A stretch of DNA of 64,000 nucleotides, taken from Alistipes sp. GTDB taxonomy: Bacteria > Bacteroidota > Bacteroidia > Bacteroidales > Rikenellaceae. Below, in pieces: positions 28,749 through 38,863 of this stretch. The notes under the pieces are model-generated. The model did not search any database, was not told the origin of the DNA, and saw only the letters and a program-made list of their open reading frames with translations. The DNA lies in NCBI GenBank assembly GCA_017546975.1, contig JAFYRL010000009.1, forward strand, positions 5,384 to 69,383, read 5' to 3'. Position 1 is the first letter of the stretch. The number at the start of each line of letters is the position of its first letter. A program made the position numbers and the translations under genes.

Positions 28749-31700
28749 ATATTTCGCGTTACTCCATATCTCGTCCCTCGGTCATAGGTTTCTTCCTTGC
28801 TGTGATGCTTCTTGGCGGCATATACGCCTTTTGGGCATTAGGCAAGCGTGAGGACTCCACCTTTATCATTAAGAGTGCTGTTGTCGTATGTCCATATCCA
28901 GGTGCCACACCTGAGGAGGTGGAGGCACTTATCGCAGAGCCATTGGAGCGTAAGATACGCACACTTAGCTCGGTACATAAGATAACCTCAGAGTCCCACT
29001 TCGGCTACGCTCGCCTTATGGTTGAGCTGCACCCAGCCACACCTCCCACGCAGATACCACAACTATGGGATGAGCTACGCCGTAAGGTTGATGCAGTGCG
29101 CTCGGAACTTCCCAAGGGTATAGGTGAGATAACCATAGCTGATGACTTTGGAGATGTCTACGGTTTGTATTATGCTCTCTGCTCCGATGATGGGTATAGC
29201 GATGAGGAGTTGCGTAGGGTTACAAACGATATAACTACCCGCCTATACGCTATTAAAGGTGTTGAGAAGGTGCAGCTTTCGGGACTTGCATCCGAGGAGG
29301 TGAATATATGGATAAGCCCAGCAACACTCTCCGCATTTGAGCTACGCCCAGAGAGTATTGCTCGTGCTGTGAGTGAGCAGAATAGTATTGTCGGTCTTGG
29401 TTCTCGCAGAGCTGGGGAGGTTAATATTACACTTGCTGAGGGTACTACATATACTAACATCGCAGATATAGAGAATCAACTTCTTATTGCCAATGACGGC
29501 AAGCAATATCGTTTGGGTGATGTTGCAAAGGTGGAGCGAAGCCGTCATACTCCTCCAAGGATTATTATGCGTGTTGACGGCAGAGAGGCTGTTGCCATAG
29601 CAGTTGCTACAAATCCTGATATGGATATTGTCAAGGTGGGTGATAGGGTAGATAACCTCTTGGAGAGTATCAGTGAGGAGCTACCCGCAGGATTGGAGAT
29701 AGTGTCGCTATATCCCGAAAATAGAATTGCCCAGCAGGCTAACAATGACTTTATCCTTAATCTTTTGGAGTCGTTGGCTATTGTCGTAGCACTTGTTATG
29801 CTTGTTATGGGTTGGCGCGAAGGTATCATTGTTGGCTCATCGCTAATATTTGCTATCGGAGCAACACTCCTAACAATGTTAATGCTCGGAGAGGGACTTA
29901 ATCGTACATCCTTGGCGGGCTTTATTATCGCCATGGGTATGCTCGTGGATAACGCTATAGTCGTTGTGGATAATAGCTCTAAATATATGCGTGGCGGAAT
30001 GGTGCCTACACAGGCCGTGGTGCAGGGTGCAACATTGCCGCGTATGCCTCTGCTCGCAGCAACTCTGATAGCAATCATATCATTCCTGCCGCTACAACTT
30101 GCGCCATCATCCGTGGCCGAGATTATAGCACCTCTATTTAGGGTGATAGCCTTGTCACTACTGCTCAGTTGGCTTCTGTCGCTTACTCAAGTGCCTATGA
30201 TGAGCCTAAGTCTGCTTCCTAAGTCTCAACGCAAAGGTGACTCACAACGCGTGAAGTATATCTATAGCATAATAGAGTGGGTATTGCATCATCGCTGGAG
30301 CACGGCTTTTGCCGCTGTGGCGTTACTCATCATTTCGCTATGGGCAATGGGTCGCATGCCTCAAAATTTCTTTCCACAACTATCAAAACCATATTTTCGT
30401 GCCGATGTAATCATGGCTGATGGCTACGATATTGAGGCTATGGATGAGAGGTTGGAGCAGATGACGGATTGGCTTATGGCACAACCTGAAGTAAAGTGTG
30501 TGTCCACAACTGCGGGAGGTACGCCACCACGCTACTATCTGGCAAGTGGTAGCTACTCACAGCGTGCCAACTATGGTAATGTTCTGGTAGAGTTGCACGA
30601 TAAAGATATGACGGCGGAGGTCGAGGAACGCTTTGATTTTTGGGTTAGAGAGAGTATTGCAGATGTTTGGTTGCGCTCCTCGCTCTTCCGTCTATCTCCT
30701 GTCCCCGAAGCGACAATAGAGATAGGTTTTATTGGTGATAATATCGATACCTTGAGCCGCCTAACAAGCGATGCTATGGCTCTTATGGAGAGGCGTAGTG
30801 ATACGCGCAATGTCCGCAATAGCTGGGGTAATCGCGTGGCTGTATGGCAACCTGAGTACTCACAAATCAAGGCCCAACGACTTGGTGTGGAGCGTAGCTC
30901 GATGATATCATCTCTTGAGATAGCAACAGCAGGATTGCCTATTGCCACCTACCGTGAAGCAGATGTGGAGATGCCTATACTTCTTCGAAGTGATATCGTT
31001 GCAGATAGCTCGTTAGTTGGGTTAGGTATGATGCCTGTATTCTCTGTGCGGGGTAATAGTTACTCCTTGGAGCAATCTGTTTCAGACTTCAAATTCAGCT
31101 TCGAACTACCAATGGTCCGCCGTATAGACTCTGAACGAGTTATGAAGGCACAGTGTGACCCTGAGCGCGGTGTTAACGCTATTGCACTGCTCGAAGATAT
31201 AACCAATGCGGTCAAGGCAGAGATATCTATTCCTGAGGGGTATCGTATGGCTATCTTTGGCGAGCAGGAGAGTAGAGAGGAGTCTAACGCAGCACTCAGT
31301 AGTCAGCTTCCACTCGCGCTTATGCTTATCTTCGTCATACTACTATTGCTCTTTGGTAATATGCGCGACCCTATAGTTGTGTTAGTTACGCTGCCTCTGA
31401 TATTTATAGGTGTAGTCCTTGGCTTGGGGGTAACGGGAAAGATGTTCGATTTCTTTTCGCTTCTGGGACTCTTGGGACTTATAGGCATGAACATCAAGAA
31501 TGCCGTTATCCTTATCTCGCGCATTAAGGAACTTCAAGAGTCGGGACTTGCCCCCTCTGAGGCCGTGGCTACGGCTGTGGAAGATAGATTTATCCCTGTT
31601 GTCACCGCATCTACAACTACAGTACTGGGTATGACACCGCTACTCTTTGATTCAATGTTTGGCTCAATGGCAGCGACTATTATGGGCGGACTTATTGTTG

Positions 31701-31765
31701 CTACATTTATGGTGTTGGTTGTGCTCCCTGTCGTATATTCACTCTTTTATCACATTAAACCATGA
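28745..31765 (+). CDS. RND efflux transporter permease (AcrB family)
   Basis: 1006 aa; YPGATPEEVE, DDFGDVYG, GMLVDNAIVV, GMNIKNAVIL. Confidence 0.96.
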   Translation: MNISRYSISRPSVIGFFLAVMLLGGIYAFWALGKREDSTFIIKSAVVVCPYPGATPEEVEALIAEPLERKIRTLSSVHKITSESHFGYARLMVELHPATPPTQIPQLWDELRRKVDAVRSELPKGIGEITIADDFGDVYGLYYALCSDDGYSDEELRRVTNDITTRLYAIKGVEKVQLSGLASEEVNIWISPATLSAFELRPESIARAVSEQNSIVGLGSRRAGEVNITLAEGTTYTNIADIENQLLIANDGKQYRLGDVAKVERSRHTPPRIIMRVDGREAVAIAVATNPDMDIVKVGDRVDNLLESISEELPAGLEIVSLYPENRIAQQANNDFILNLLESLAIVVALVMLVMGWREGIIVGSSLIFAIGATLLTMLMLGEGLNRTSLAGFIIAMGMLVDNAIVVVDNSSKYMRGGMVPTQAVVQGATLPRMPLLAATLIAIISFLPLQLAPSSVAEIIAPLFRVIALSLLLSWLLSLTQVPMMSLSLLPKSQRKGDSQRVKYIYSIIEWVLHHRWSTAFAAVALLIISLWAMGRMPQNFFPQLSKPYFRADVIMADGYDIEAMDERLEQMTDWLMAQPEVKCVSTTAGGTPPRYYLASGSYSQRANYGNVLVELHDKDMTAEVEERFDFWVRESIADVWLRSSLFRLSPVPEATIEIGFIGDNIDTLSRLTSDAMALMERRSDTRNVRNSWGNRVAVWQPEYSQIKAQRLGVERSSMISSLEIATAGLPIATYREADVEMPILLRSDIVADSSLVGLGMMPVFSVRGNSYSLEQSVSDFKFSFELPMVRRIDSERVMKAQCDPERGVNAIALLEDITNAVKAEISIPEGYRMAIFGEQESREESNAALSSQLPLALMLIFVILLLLFGNMRDPIVVLVTLPLIFIGVVLGLGVTGKMFDFFSLLGLLGLIGMNIKNAVILISRIKELQESGLAPSEAVATAVEDRFIPVVTASTTTVLGMTPLLFDSMFGSMAATIMGGLIVATFMVLVVLPVVYSLFYHIKP

Positions 31766-32988
31766 TACGCAGACTATCTATAATCGCAATGCTTCTATTT
31801 TCAACCGTTGGTGTACAGGCTCAGATAACCCTTAACGACTATGTTGACTCAGTAATAGAGTATAGCTATACACTACTCTCTGCCGAGGCTATTGTTGATA
31901 GTCGTGTCGCTGAGAGTAAGATCGCAAAGCGAAATATGCTCCCAAGTCTATCGCTGTCGTCGGATGCAGATTATAGCTTTGGTAGTGATGATATAGGGTG
32001 GGGCGTGCGTGCTGAAATTGCGCAACCAATATATGATGGCGGTAGGTATCGTAGTTTGTCTGAGCAGAGCAGATACCAACTAATCGAAAGCATAGGTCTT
32101 AGAGATAAGAACGAGATGGATGTAAGGTATAACGCTGAGATTGCATATTGGACTCTCTCGCGTGCAGAGATATATCGTGAGGCTATGCATGACTATATCA
32201 ATATTATAAAGACACTAAGAGATGTGGCACTACATCGCTTTGAGGAGGGTTATACCTCAAAAAGTGATCTACTGCAAATAGAGTCACGCCTTTCGGATGC
32301 GGAGTATCAACTCTCACAAGCTGAACAGCGATGGAGCGTAGCATTACATAACTTCAACCTTCTGCGAGGTGTTGACCCGTTAGAGGTTGTGGAACTTGGT
32401 TGGAGTATCCTCGATGACTATGCCCTGCCAACAAGGGTAAAGGTTGATGATTTTATCGAACATCACCCAGATTATGTCGTAGCTATTGCGGAGCGTGAGT
32501 CGGCAAAATGTAATATATCACTTCGGGATGCAAACTATCTACCACACCTAAACCTTGGTGTTTACGGTTTATGGCAACCTAAAATAGATGCAGGAACAAT
32601 GCTTAATGGCGGTATGATACTATCACTTAGCACTCCGATATTCCATTTTGTGGAGCGTCGTGAGGCCTTGCGCTCGGCACGCAGTGGCTATCGCAGTGCC
32701 GAGTTAATGGTTTATAATGTCGTGGATGATATTACACTCAACGAGAGTAACGGCTGGACAAACCTCCAATCCTCATATCAGCGTATTGGTGCTGCTAGGC
32801 GTAGCTTGGAGATTGCCAAGGAGAACCTTGATATTAGCACTTACTCCTACCGTGAGGGATTGGTAACGATACTTGATGTTTTGCAGGCGCAGCTAAGCTG
32901 GTTACAGATATATCAAAATGCAATAACGGCACAGTATGACTATGCCGTTGCAATATCTTCATATCGTTATATTATCGCCGAGGGATAA
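31762..32988 (+). CDS. TolC family outer-membrane efflux protein
   Basis: Signal peptide, QPIYDGG, YREGLVTILDVLQAQ. Confidence 0.92.
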   Translation: MIRRLSIIAMLLFSTVGVQAQITLNDYVDSVIEYSYTLLSAEAIVDSRVAESKIAKRNMLPSLSLSSDADYSFGSDDIGWGVRAEIAQPIYDGGRYRSLSEQSRYQLIESIGLRDKNEMDVRYNAEIAYWTLSRAEIYREAMHDYINIIKTLRDVALHRFEEGYTSKSDLLQIESRLSDAEYQLSQAEQRWSVALHNFNLLRGVDPLEVVELGWSILDDYALPTRVKVDDFIEHHPDYVVAIAERESAKCNISLRDANYLPHLNLGVYGLWQPKIDAGTMLNGGMILSLSTPIFHFVERREALRSARSGYRSAELMVYNVVDDITLNESNGWTNLQSSYQRIGAARRSLEIAKENLDISTYSYREGLVTILDVLQAQLSWLQIYQNAITAQYDYAVAISSYRYIIAEG

Positions 32989-33582
32989 CTACATACGCTT
33001 AAGTGCCGCGCGTATCGCCTCCTCAACGCTAATTGAGGGGGTCTCTTTGAATATAGCTTTGAGTACCTTATCCGAAGCACTTTTCTGGAAGCCGAGCATA
33101 GAGAGTGCAGCGATAGCCTCATCGTAAATCGGATTATTAGCTGTGCTTGCGACCTCTGGAAGCATCATATCACTCGCTCCAAGTTCGATCATCTTACCCG
33201 ATAGTTCAACGATAATCTTCTGGGCAGTTTTAAGTCCCAGGCCCTTTACATTCTTAAGAAGTACAGCATTTTCCGATGCAATGATGCTCTGTAACTCCTT
33301 AGGTGAGTATGTCGAGAGAATCATTCGCGCAGTGTTACCTCCAACACCCGATACGCTGATAAGCTGACGGAACAATTCACGCTCTAACTTCGTAGAGAAA
33401 CCAAAAAGTGTTTGCTGGTCCTCGCGCACGATGAAATGAACATATAACTTTGTCTCCTTCTCATGCTCTATATCCGAGTAGGTCTTAAGCGATATATTTA
33501 TAAAGTAACCAACACCTGCCGCCTCAATAACAGCATAAGTAGGGGTTGACTCCGCAACTGCACCAGATATATATTCGTACAT
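32989..33582 (-). CDS. ruvA: Holliday junction branch migration protein RuvA
   Basis: MYEYISG, GVGY, VRED...LFGF, LISVSGVG, GLGLKTAQKII. Confidence 0.97.
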   Translation of the reverse strand: MYEYISGAVAESTPTYAVIEAAGVGYFINISLKTYSDIEHEKETKLYVHFIVREDQQTLFGFSTKLERELFRQLISVSGVGGNTARMILSTYSPKELQSIIASENAVLLKNVKGLGLKTAQKIIVELSGKMIELGASDMMLPEVASTANNPIYDEAIAALSMLGFQKSASDKVLKAIFKETPSISVEEAIRAALKRM

Positions 33583-33614
33583 AGTTTCTACTTAATTTTA
33601 GCCCAAAATTTCTA

Positions 33615-33642
33615 CAAATGTAAATAATTTTTTTTACCTTTG
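33615..33642. promoter_or_regulatory. divergent sigma-A -7 elements (ruvA / OmpH-like gene)
   Basis: TACATTTG on minus (33615-33622) and TACCTTTG on plus (33635-33642). Confidence 0.6.
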
Positions 33643-33684
33643 CGTTTTGAACTGAGAAAATTAACTAAAACAGAGTATAAATTT

Positions 33685-34365
33685 ATGAAAAAGAGTTTTT
33701 TGTCAATTTTGGCAATCTCAGCAATGATGGTTTCATGCGGTGGTAACAACACCGAGAATAAGAGCGAGGCACAGCCTGTTGAGACTTCAAATGTTGAGAG
33801 CGTAGAGTGTGTTGCAAGTGGCGATGTTGTATTCATCGACCTTGACTATATCATGGCAACAAGTGCGTTCTATGCTAAGGAGGGTGTAGCGTTTGAGACA
33901 AAGATGCAGAACTTCCAGCAGAAGTCAGTAACTACACAGGAGAACTGGGCAAAGAAGGAGCAGAACTTGGCTAATGAGTATAATAAGCTTCAGGCTGAGG
34001 CTGCGAAGCTTGAGCAGGATTATGCTAAGGGTTTGATTACAACACTTAACGCTCAGCAGAAGCAGGAGGAGATTCAGAAGAAGGGTGCAAATATCCAGAC
34101 TAAGATGAACAACTTCCAGACAACTGTTCAGACTGAGGGTCAGGAGCTACAGGCAGAGGAGCAGGCTTTGGCAGAGGAGCAGGTGGTTATTATGAACCGT
34201 TTCAAGGAGCTCGCTAATAAGGCTATAGAGGAGCTTAACGCTGACCGCCGCTATAAGATGATTATCAACGCTGTATCTGTTGTTGATGCAGACCCAACAC
34301 TAAACATCTCTGACTTGGTGCTTGAGCGTGTAAACAAGCTCTACGAGGAGGGTGCTTTAGAGTAA
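33685..34365 (+). CDS. OmpH/Skp-like coiled-coil lipoprotein
   Basis: Lipobox VSC, VVFIDLDYI, long Q/E-rich coiled coil, DPTLNISDLVLERVN. Confidence 0.8.
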   Translation: MKKSFLSILAISAMMVSCGGNNTENKSEAQPVETSNVESVECVASGDVVFIDLDYIMATSAFYAKEGVAFETKMQNFQQKSVTTQENWAKKEQNLANEYNKLQAEAAKLEQDYAKGLITTLNAQQKQEEIQKKGANIQTKMNNFQTTVQTEGQELQAEEQALAEEQVVIMNRFKELANKAIEELNADRRYKMIINAVSVVDADPTLNISDLVLERVNKLYEEGALE

Positions 34366-34406
34366 TTGATTGAGACTTTAACTAAACTATTTAAGACGAG
34401 GTAGAG

Positions 34407-35213
34407 ATGGGATTTATACCATTTACATTTATTGATATCATTGATATTCTCTTGGTAGCATCGCTATTCTATGGTGCCTACCGTGCTATGAAGGGTACAA
34501 GTGCCCCATATATCATGGTGGGAATATTTGTTATATACTTGGTATGGATTCTTGTTAAGACATTCAATCTTGTACTATTCTCGTCGATACTTGGACAGAT
34601 AATCTCTGTCGGTGTCATCGCAATACTCATCATCTTCCAGCCAGAGATTCGTCACTTCCTACAAGCTATTGGCCGTCAGAGAGGACGCTTCGAGTGGCTT
34701 TCACGCATCTTTAACTTCCGTAACCGCCGCACAGAGCAGGGTATTGACCTTGAGCCTATCGTAGTTGCTTGCGAGGAGATGGGTGCCGAGAAGGTAGGTG
34801 CATTGATTATCATCAAGCAGGATGATGATCTCGGTGTAGTGGTTGAGAGTGGTATCAGCATTGATGCTAAGGTCTCAACACCACTCTTGGAGAATATCTT
34901 CTTTAAGAATGCACCACTACATGATGGTGGTGTAGTTATCAGTGGCGATAGAGTTGTTGCGGCTAAGTGCGTACTTCCTTCCACACAACAAGAGGTGCCT
35001 AAGTCGTACGGTATGCGCCACCGCGCTGCCCTCGGTATGAGTGAGGTATCGGATGCTATCATCATCGCGGTATCCGAGGAGACAGGTCGTATATCTGTGG
35101 CGCATGACTCGTCAATTAAGCGTGGTGTAGAGCCACAAGCGCTTGCTCAGACAATCCGCAAATTGATGCGTAAGAACGACAGACGCCGAGAGGATAAGGC
35201 TGAGACTAAATAG
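34407..35213 (+). CDS. dacA: diadenylate cyclase (CdaA/DacA)
   Basis: 3 TM helices, IIFQPEIR, GALI, PLHDGG, GMRHRAALG, VSEETG. Confidence 0.95.
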   Translation: MGFIPFTFIDIIDILLVASLFYGAYRAMKGTSAPYIMVGIFVIYLVWILVKTFNLVLFSSILGQIISVGVIAILIIFQPEIRHFLQAIGRQRGRFEWLSRIFNFRNRRTEQGIDLEPIVVACEEMGAEKVGALIIIKQDDDLGVVVESGISIDAKVSTPLLENIFFKNAPLHDGGVVISGDRVVAAKCVLPSTQQEVPKSYGMRHRAALGMSEVSDAIIIAVSEETGRISVAHDSSIKRGVEPQALAQTIRKLMRKNDRRREDKAETK

Positions 35214-35696
35214 TTATAGAACGCTACCTAATAGGGTGGCAATCTGCTCAAGATAGAGCCTATCAATATCATCAAAGGTGGCCAAATGCTCACTATCAAT
35301 ATCAAGGACAGCGATAATATCGTTGTCCTTGTTGTATATAGGTACAACAATCTCGCTACGCGATAGAGAACTACATGCTATATGCCCTGGAAACTGCTCC
35401 ACATCCTCTACAACGATGCTCTCACCCCTATGCCATGCCGTGCCACATACACCCTTGCCATATGCAATACGGCTGCATGCCATAGGTCCTTGGAATGGAG
35501 CAAGAACAAGTTCATCGCCTATAACTCGATAGAAGCCCGTCCACCAAAAGTTAAAGGTGTGGTGTATCATTGATGCTACATTTGCCATAAGGGCAATGTT
35601 GTCGCTCTCATACTTCACAACCTCGGCAATTTGCTTATATAGCAAAGCGTATTTATCCTCCTTCGTTCCTGATGCAACTTTGAATACTTCTGCCAT
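35214..35696 (-). CDS. msrC: GAF-domain protein, free methionine-R-sulfoxide reductase type
   Basis: WTGFY, APFQGPMACSRI, GKGVCG, FPGHIACS..SRSEIVVP, LDIDS. Confidence 0.88.
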   Translation of the reverse strand: MAEVFKVASGTKEDKYALLYKQIAEVVKYESDNIALMANVASMIHHTFNFWWTGFYRVIGDELVLAPFQGPMACSRIAYGKGVCGTAWHRGESIVVEDVEQFPGHIACSSLSRSEIVVPIYNKDNDIIAVLDIDSEHLATFDDIDRLYLEQIATLLGSVL

Positions 35697-35710
35697 AATT
35701 TACTGTTTAT

Positions 35711-35737
35711 AAAAAAAGACCCCCGAAGGAGTCTTAG
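35711..35737 (-). terminator. terminator after panD
   Basis: AAGACTCC-TTCG-GGGGTCTT followed by a T run on the minus strand. Confidence 0.75.
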
Positions 35738-35739
35738 GT

Positions 35740-36090
35740 TTATAGTATACGGTTTGTTCGTTCATCAGGAAAGACAACTTTTGGTTGGAAGGTCTTAGCC
35801 TCCTCGAAGTCCATAAAGCCGTAGCCCATGATGATAACTATATCGCCAACAGCGGTCTTGCGTGCTGCCGCGCCATTTAGGCAGATACAGCCACTACCAC
35901 GCTCGCCCTTGATTACATAGGTCTCGATGCGCTCGCCGTTGTTATTGTTTACAATCTGAACCTTCTCGCCCTCGATAAGACCTGCAGCATCCATCAAATC
36001 CTCATCGATGGTGATACTACCTACATAGTTTAGATTCGCCTCAGTAACACGCACACGGTGAATCTTTGATTTCATTCTTTCGATAAACAT
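35740..36090 (-). CDS. panD: aspartate 1-decarboxylase
   Basis: [14 protein letters not shown] cleavage site, [15 protein letters not shown]. Confidence 0.98.
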   Translation of the reverse strand: MFIERMKSKIHRVRVTEANLNYVGSITIDEDLMDAAGLIEGEKVQIVNNNNGERIETYVIKGERGSGCICLNGAAARKTAVGDIVIIMGYGFMDFEEAKTFQPKVVFPDERTNRIL

Positions 36091-36111
36091 AGTTTGGGTA
36101 GGTTTGCTAAG

Positions 36112-36948
36112 TTACTTAATCTTAATATTGTCGATAAGACGAATCTGCCCAGCCTGAATAGCGCAACATCCCTGAATACGCTCAGCATCGCTCCAATTAG
36201 TCACCTTCTGCATTGTGCGAGCATCCACAGCCTCGAAGTAGATGGTCTTCAATAGTGGGTTAGAGTCGATAGTTGCAACAACCCACTCTGTAAGCTCTGC
36301 AGGTGTCATGGTGTTCATCTTCTCGGCACACTGCTTGATAGTAGCATAGATGTGTGGTGCAGCAGCACGATGCTCTGGTGTTAGAAGCTCGTTGCGTGAT
36401 GATAGCGCAAGACCATCCTCACCGCGTACGATAGCACACTCAACAATCTCAATGTCGATAGCGAGTTGCTCAACCATAGCCTTGATTACAGCAATCTGCT
36501 GGAAATCCTTCTCTCCGAAGTATGCACGCTTAGCATTTACAAGTGCGAACAAACGGCTCACAACCTGAGCTACGCCATTGAAGTGACCTGGGCGTGTAGC
36601 ACCCTCCATGACCTTATCTACCATGCCGAAGTCAAAGACACGGGTATCTGGCTCTGGATAGATATCCTCGACAGATGGCATAAAGACGATGTCTGCGCCT
36701 GCAGCCTCCAAGAGAGCACAATCTGCCTCTGGGGTACGAGGATAGTTTCTAAGGTCGTTCTTATCGTTAAATTGAGTTGGGTTAACAAAGACGCTCACTA
36801 CAACGGTGTCGTTCTCCTTGCGGGCACGCTCAACCAAAGAGCGGTGACCCTTATGCAACGCACCCATTGTAGGTACGAAACCTATGCCCTCCTTAGGGCA
36901 ATCAGCTAAGGCTGCATTAAGTGCAGCGACGGTGTTTACTACTTTCAT
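36112..36948 (-). CDS. panC: pantoate--beta-alanine ligase
   Basis: FVPTMGALHKGH, FVNPTQF, RPGHFNGV, FGEKDFQQ, LSSRN, RLIDN. Confidence 0.98.
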   Translation of the reverse strand: MKVVNTVAALNAALADCPKEGIGFVPTMGALHKGHRSLVERARKENDTVVVSVFVNPTQFNDKNDLRNYPRTPEADCALLEAAGADIVFMPSVEDIYPEPDTRVFDFGMVDKVMEGATRPGHFNGVAQVVSRLFALVNAKRAYFGEKDFQQIAVIKAMVEQLAIDIEIVECAIVRGEDGLALSSRNELLTPEHRAAAPHIYATIKQCAEKMNTMTPAELTEWVVATIDSNPLLKTIYFEAVDARTMQKVTNWSDAERIQGCCAIQAGQIRLIDNIKIK

Positions 36949-36970
36949 ATCCTTTATTAGAATGATGCGG

Positions 36971-36978
36971 CAAAGTTA
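36971..36978 (-). promoter_or_regulatory. sigma-A -7 element for panCD
   Basis: TAACTTTG on the minus strand. Confidence 0.6.
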
Positions 36979-37053
36979 CAAACTTCTACGAAGATAGCAA
37001 GCAAAGAGCAAGAAAAAGTGTGACTCTTCGCTATATTTTATATACTAATTTAG

Positions 37054-37503
37054 CTATATGTTTCTTGGAAAGGTGTCCGATGGTTTGTAGCGTCCCTCTT
37101 CGGTCTTAGTATAGCAGTATGTTTCGATACCATTTGTGAGTACTACATGACTGCAATCAAGGATAGAGTTGTAGCGAACAACCTGGTCAAGGACCGCTTG
37201 TGAGAGCTTCACATTTGGCTCTTTACACTCGACAACAATCTTAGGCTTTGCATCATTACCTATTGCCACTATATCGGCACGCTGGGACATACCATTGATA
37301 TTTACGGGATACTCCTCGACAATTTGCTGAGGCTGAAAACCACACTCCGAGAGCATATACTCAACCACATGGCGACGCACCCACTCCTCGGGGGTGAGCA
37401 CGAGCCATCGCCCTCGCACAGTATCGAATACCTCGGTGCGTCCTGTGGCTGTGCGCCTAGCACGCAGACGAATAGCAGGGTAGTTGAGTTTTGGTAGCTC
37501 CAT
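37054..37503 (-). CDS. stand-alone HsdR N-terminal domain protein (HSDR_N_2-like)
   Basis: LTPEEWVR, RADIV, VECK, QVVRYN, LTNG. Confidence 0.88.
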   Translation of the reverse strand: MELPKLNYPAIRLRARRTATGRTEVFDTVRGRWLVLTPEEWVRRHVVEYMLSECGFQPQQIVEEYPVNINGMSQRADIVAIGNDAKPKIVVECKEPNVKLSQAVLDQVVRYNSILDCSHVVLTNGIETYCYTKTEEGRYKPSDTFPRNI

Positions 37504-37528
37504 AGTTGGTGTTTTAAGCAATAGTTCG

Positions 37529-37549
37529 TACATTTGTGGTGCAAAAGTA
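37529..37549. promoter_or_regulatory. face-to-face overlapping sigma-A -7 elements
   Basis: TACATTTG on plus (37529-37536) and TACTTTTG on minus (37542-37549). Confidence 0.5.
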
Positions 37550-37569
37550 ACAAAATAATACGAACTACA

Positions 37570-38043
37570 ATGGTTACGATAGATGTAAATGAGCGTGTGG
37601 AGCGCGCTATGGAATATTTTAAGTCGGGATATAACTGCGCACAGGCTGTTGCTATGGCCTATAACGATATTATGGAGATGAGTGTTGAGCAGGTGGCAAA
37701 ACTTACAGCACCATTTGGTGGTGGCATGGGTCGTATGCGTGAGGTGTGTGGCACGGTGAGTGGTATGACAGTGCTTGCAGGAGCTATATCTCCAGCGGTA
37801 AATCCTCAGGACTTGGAGGAGCGAAAGCAGAATTACGCACTTGTGCAGTACTTTGCCGAGCAGTTTCGTAAGGAGAATGGCGATATTGTATGCCGTAGGC
37901 TCCTTGGCTTGGAGCCTATTGTTGAGCGCGCCGAGACACCTATGCCATCAGAGCGTACTGCGGAGTATTATAAGAAGCGTCCTTGTGTTGAATATGTAGG
38001 CTGCGCTGCCCACATCGTTGGAGAGTATTTGGCTACCAAATAA
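37570..38043 (+). CDS. C_GCAxxG_C_C family putative redox protein
   Basis: GYNCAQAV, FGGGMGRMREVCGTVSG, VCRRLLG, YYKKRPC. Confidence 0.92.
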   Translation: MVTIDVNERVERAMEYFKSGYNCAQAVAMAYNDIMEMSVEQVAKLTAPFGGGMGRMREVCGTVSGMTVLAGAISPAVNPQDLEERKQNYALVQYFAEQFRKENGDIVCRRLLGLEPIVERAETPMPSERTAEYYKKRPCVEYVGCAAHIVGEYLATK

Positions 38044-38713
38044 GGGGTAAGAGTCTCCATCGCACCTTGCTACAATATTCTGTATAGCCTTTTAGCTCGC
38101 TGTGTAGTAGTTGTTCCTCATCGAGGATGCGTATAACTATTATAGGTATATATAATAGAAATGGAATTACAGCCCATAGTGAGTCAAGTATAAATGGAAT
38201 GGCAAGAAACATTATAACGGTTGCAAAGTACATTGGATGTCGCACAATTCTGTAAGGGCCTGTGGATACGACTTCTTGTTCCGTCTCCACGGTGATGTTG
38301 CGCGATAGCCATACATTCTGACGCATAACCTCTGCGTAGAGCACATAACCAAGAATAAAGAGCGTAGAGGCGGTGTATATCGCCCACTCTGGAATTGCCG
38401 ACCAGCCGTAGCGAAAGTCAAGACCAGCAACCACAAAGCCAAAGATAAATATAAACGCCGAAAAGCGTACTACACCTTGCTGTGTGGTGCGCTTCTCTTT
38501 TGTTTGGAGTCTGCGTTGAAGTAACTCTGGTGAGAAGATTAGCATCATTATACCGAGAATGACCATGGGCGCAAAGAGTAACATGATAAATCTCCACGCA
38601 CCTGGGTATATCCATGTGCCTGCGGGTAGAAATAGCAGTAATGCTATAATTGCTATGCCGAGGATAGTCTTTGTTATAGCCGATAGCATTAGCGATAATT
38701 TATTCTGTTTCAT
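38033..38713 (-). CDS. isoprenylcysteine carboxyl methyltransferase / PEMT-family membrane protein
   Basis: VVSTGPYRIVRHPMY, RILDEEQLL..ELKGY.EY..KVRWRL. Confidence 0.9.
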   Translation of the reverse strand: MKQNKLSLMLSAITKTILGIAIIALLLFLPAGTWIYPGAWRFIMLLFAPMVILGIMMLIFSPELLQRRLQTKEKRTTQQGVVRFSAFIFIFGFVVAGLDFRYGWSAIPEWAIYTASTLFILGYVLYAEVMRQNVWLSRNITVETEQEVVSTGPYRIVRHPMYFATVIMFLAIPFILDSLWAVIPFLLYIPIIVIRILDEEQLLHSELKGYTEYCSKVRWRLLPLIW

Positions 38714-38863
38714 ATCTTTGACTATTTGAGGTGTAAAGTTAGTTAATTTATCATAACTTAGGCTTATAGCACTATAAATATTTCCGCTCGAAAATATTTG
38801 GTATGGTAGATTTTTGTTACGATATTTGCAACAGAAATAATAACAATTAACTATTGTAGATTT

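Noticed and set aside
37054-37503. HsdR N-terminal domain gene as a restriction or defence system
   Set aside because: No hsdM, hsdS or helicase domain nearby; this stand-alone gene is common in Bacteroidota.
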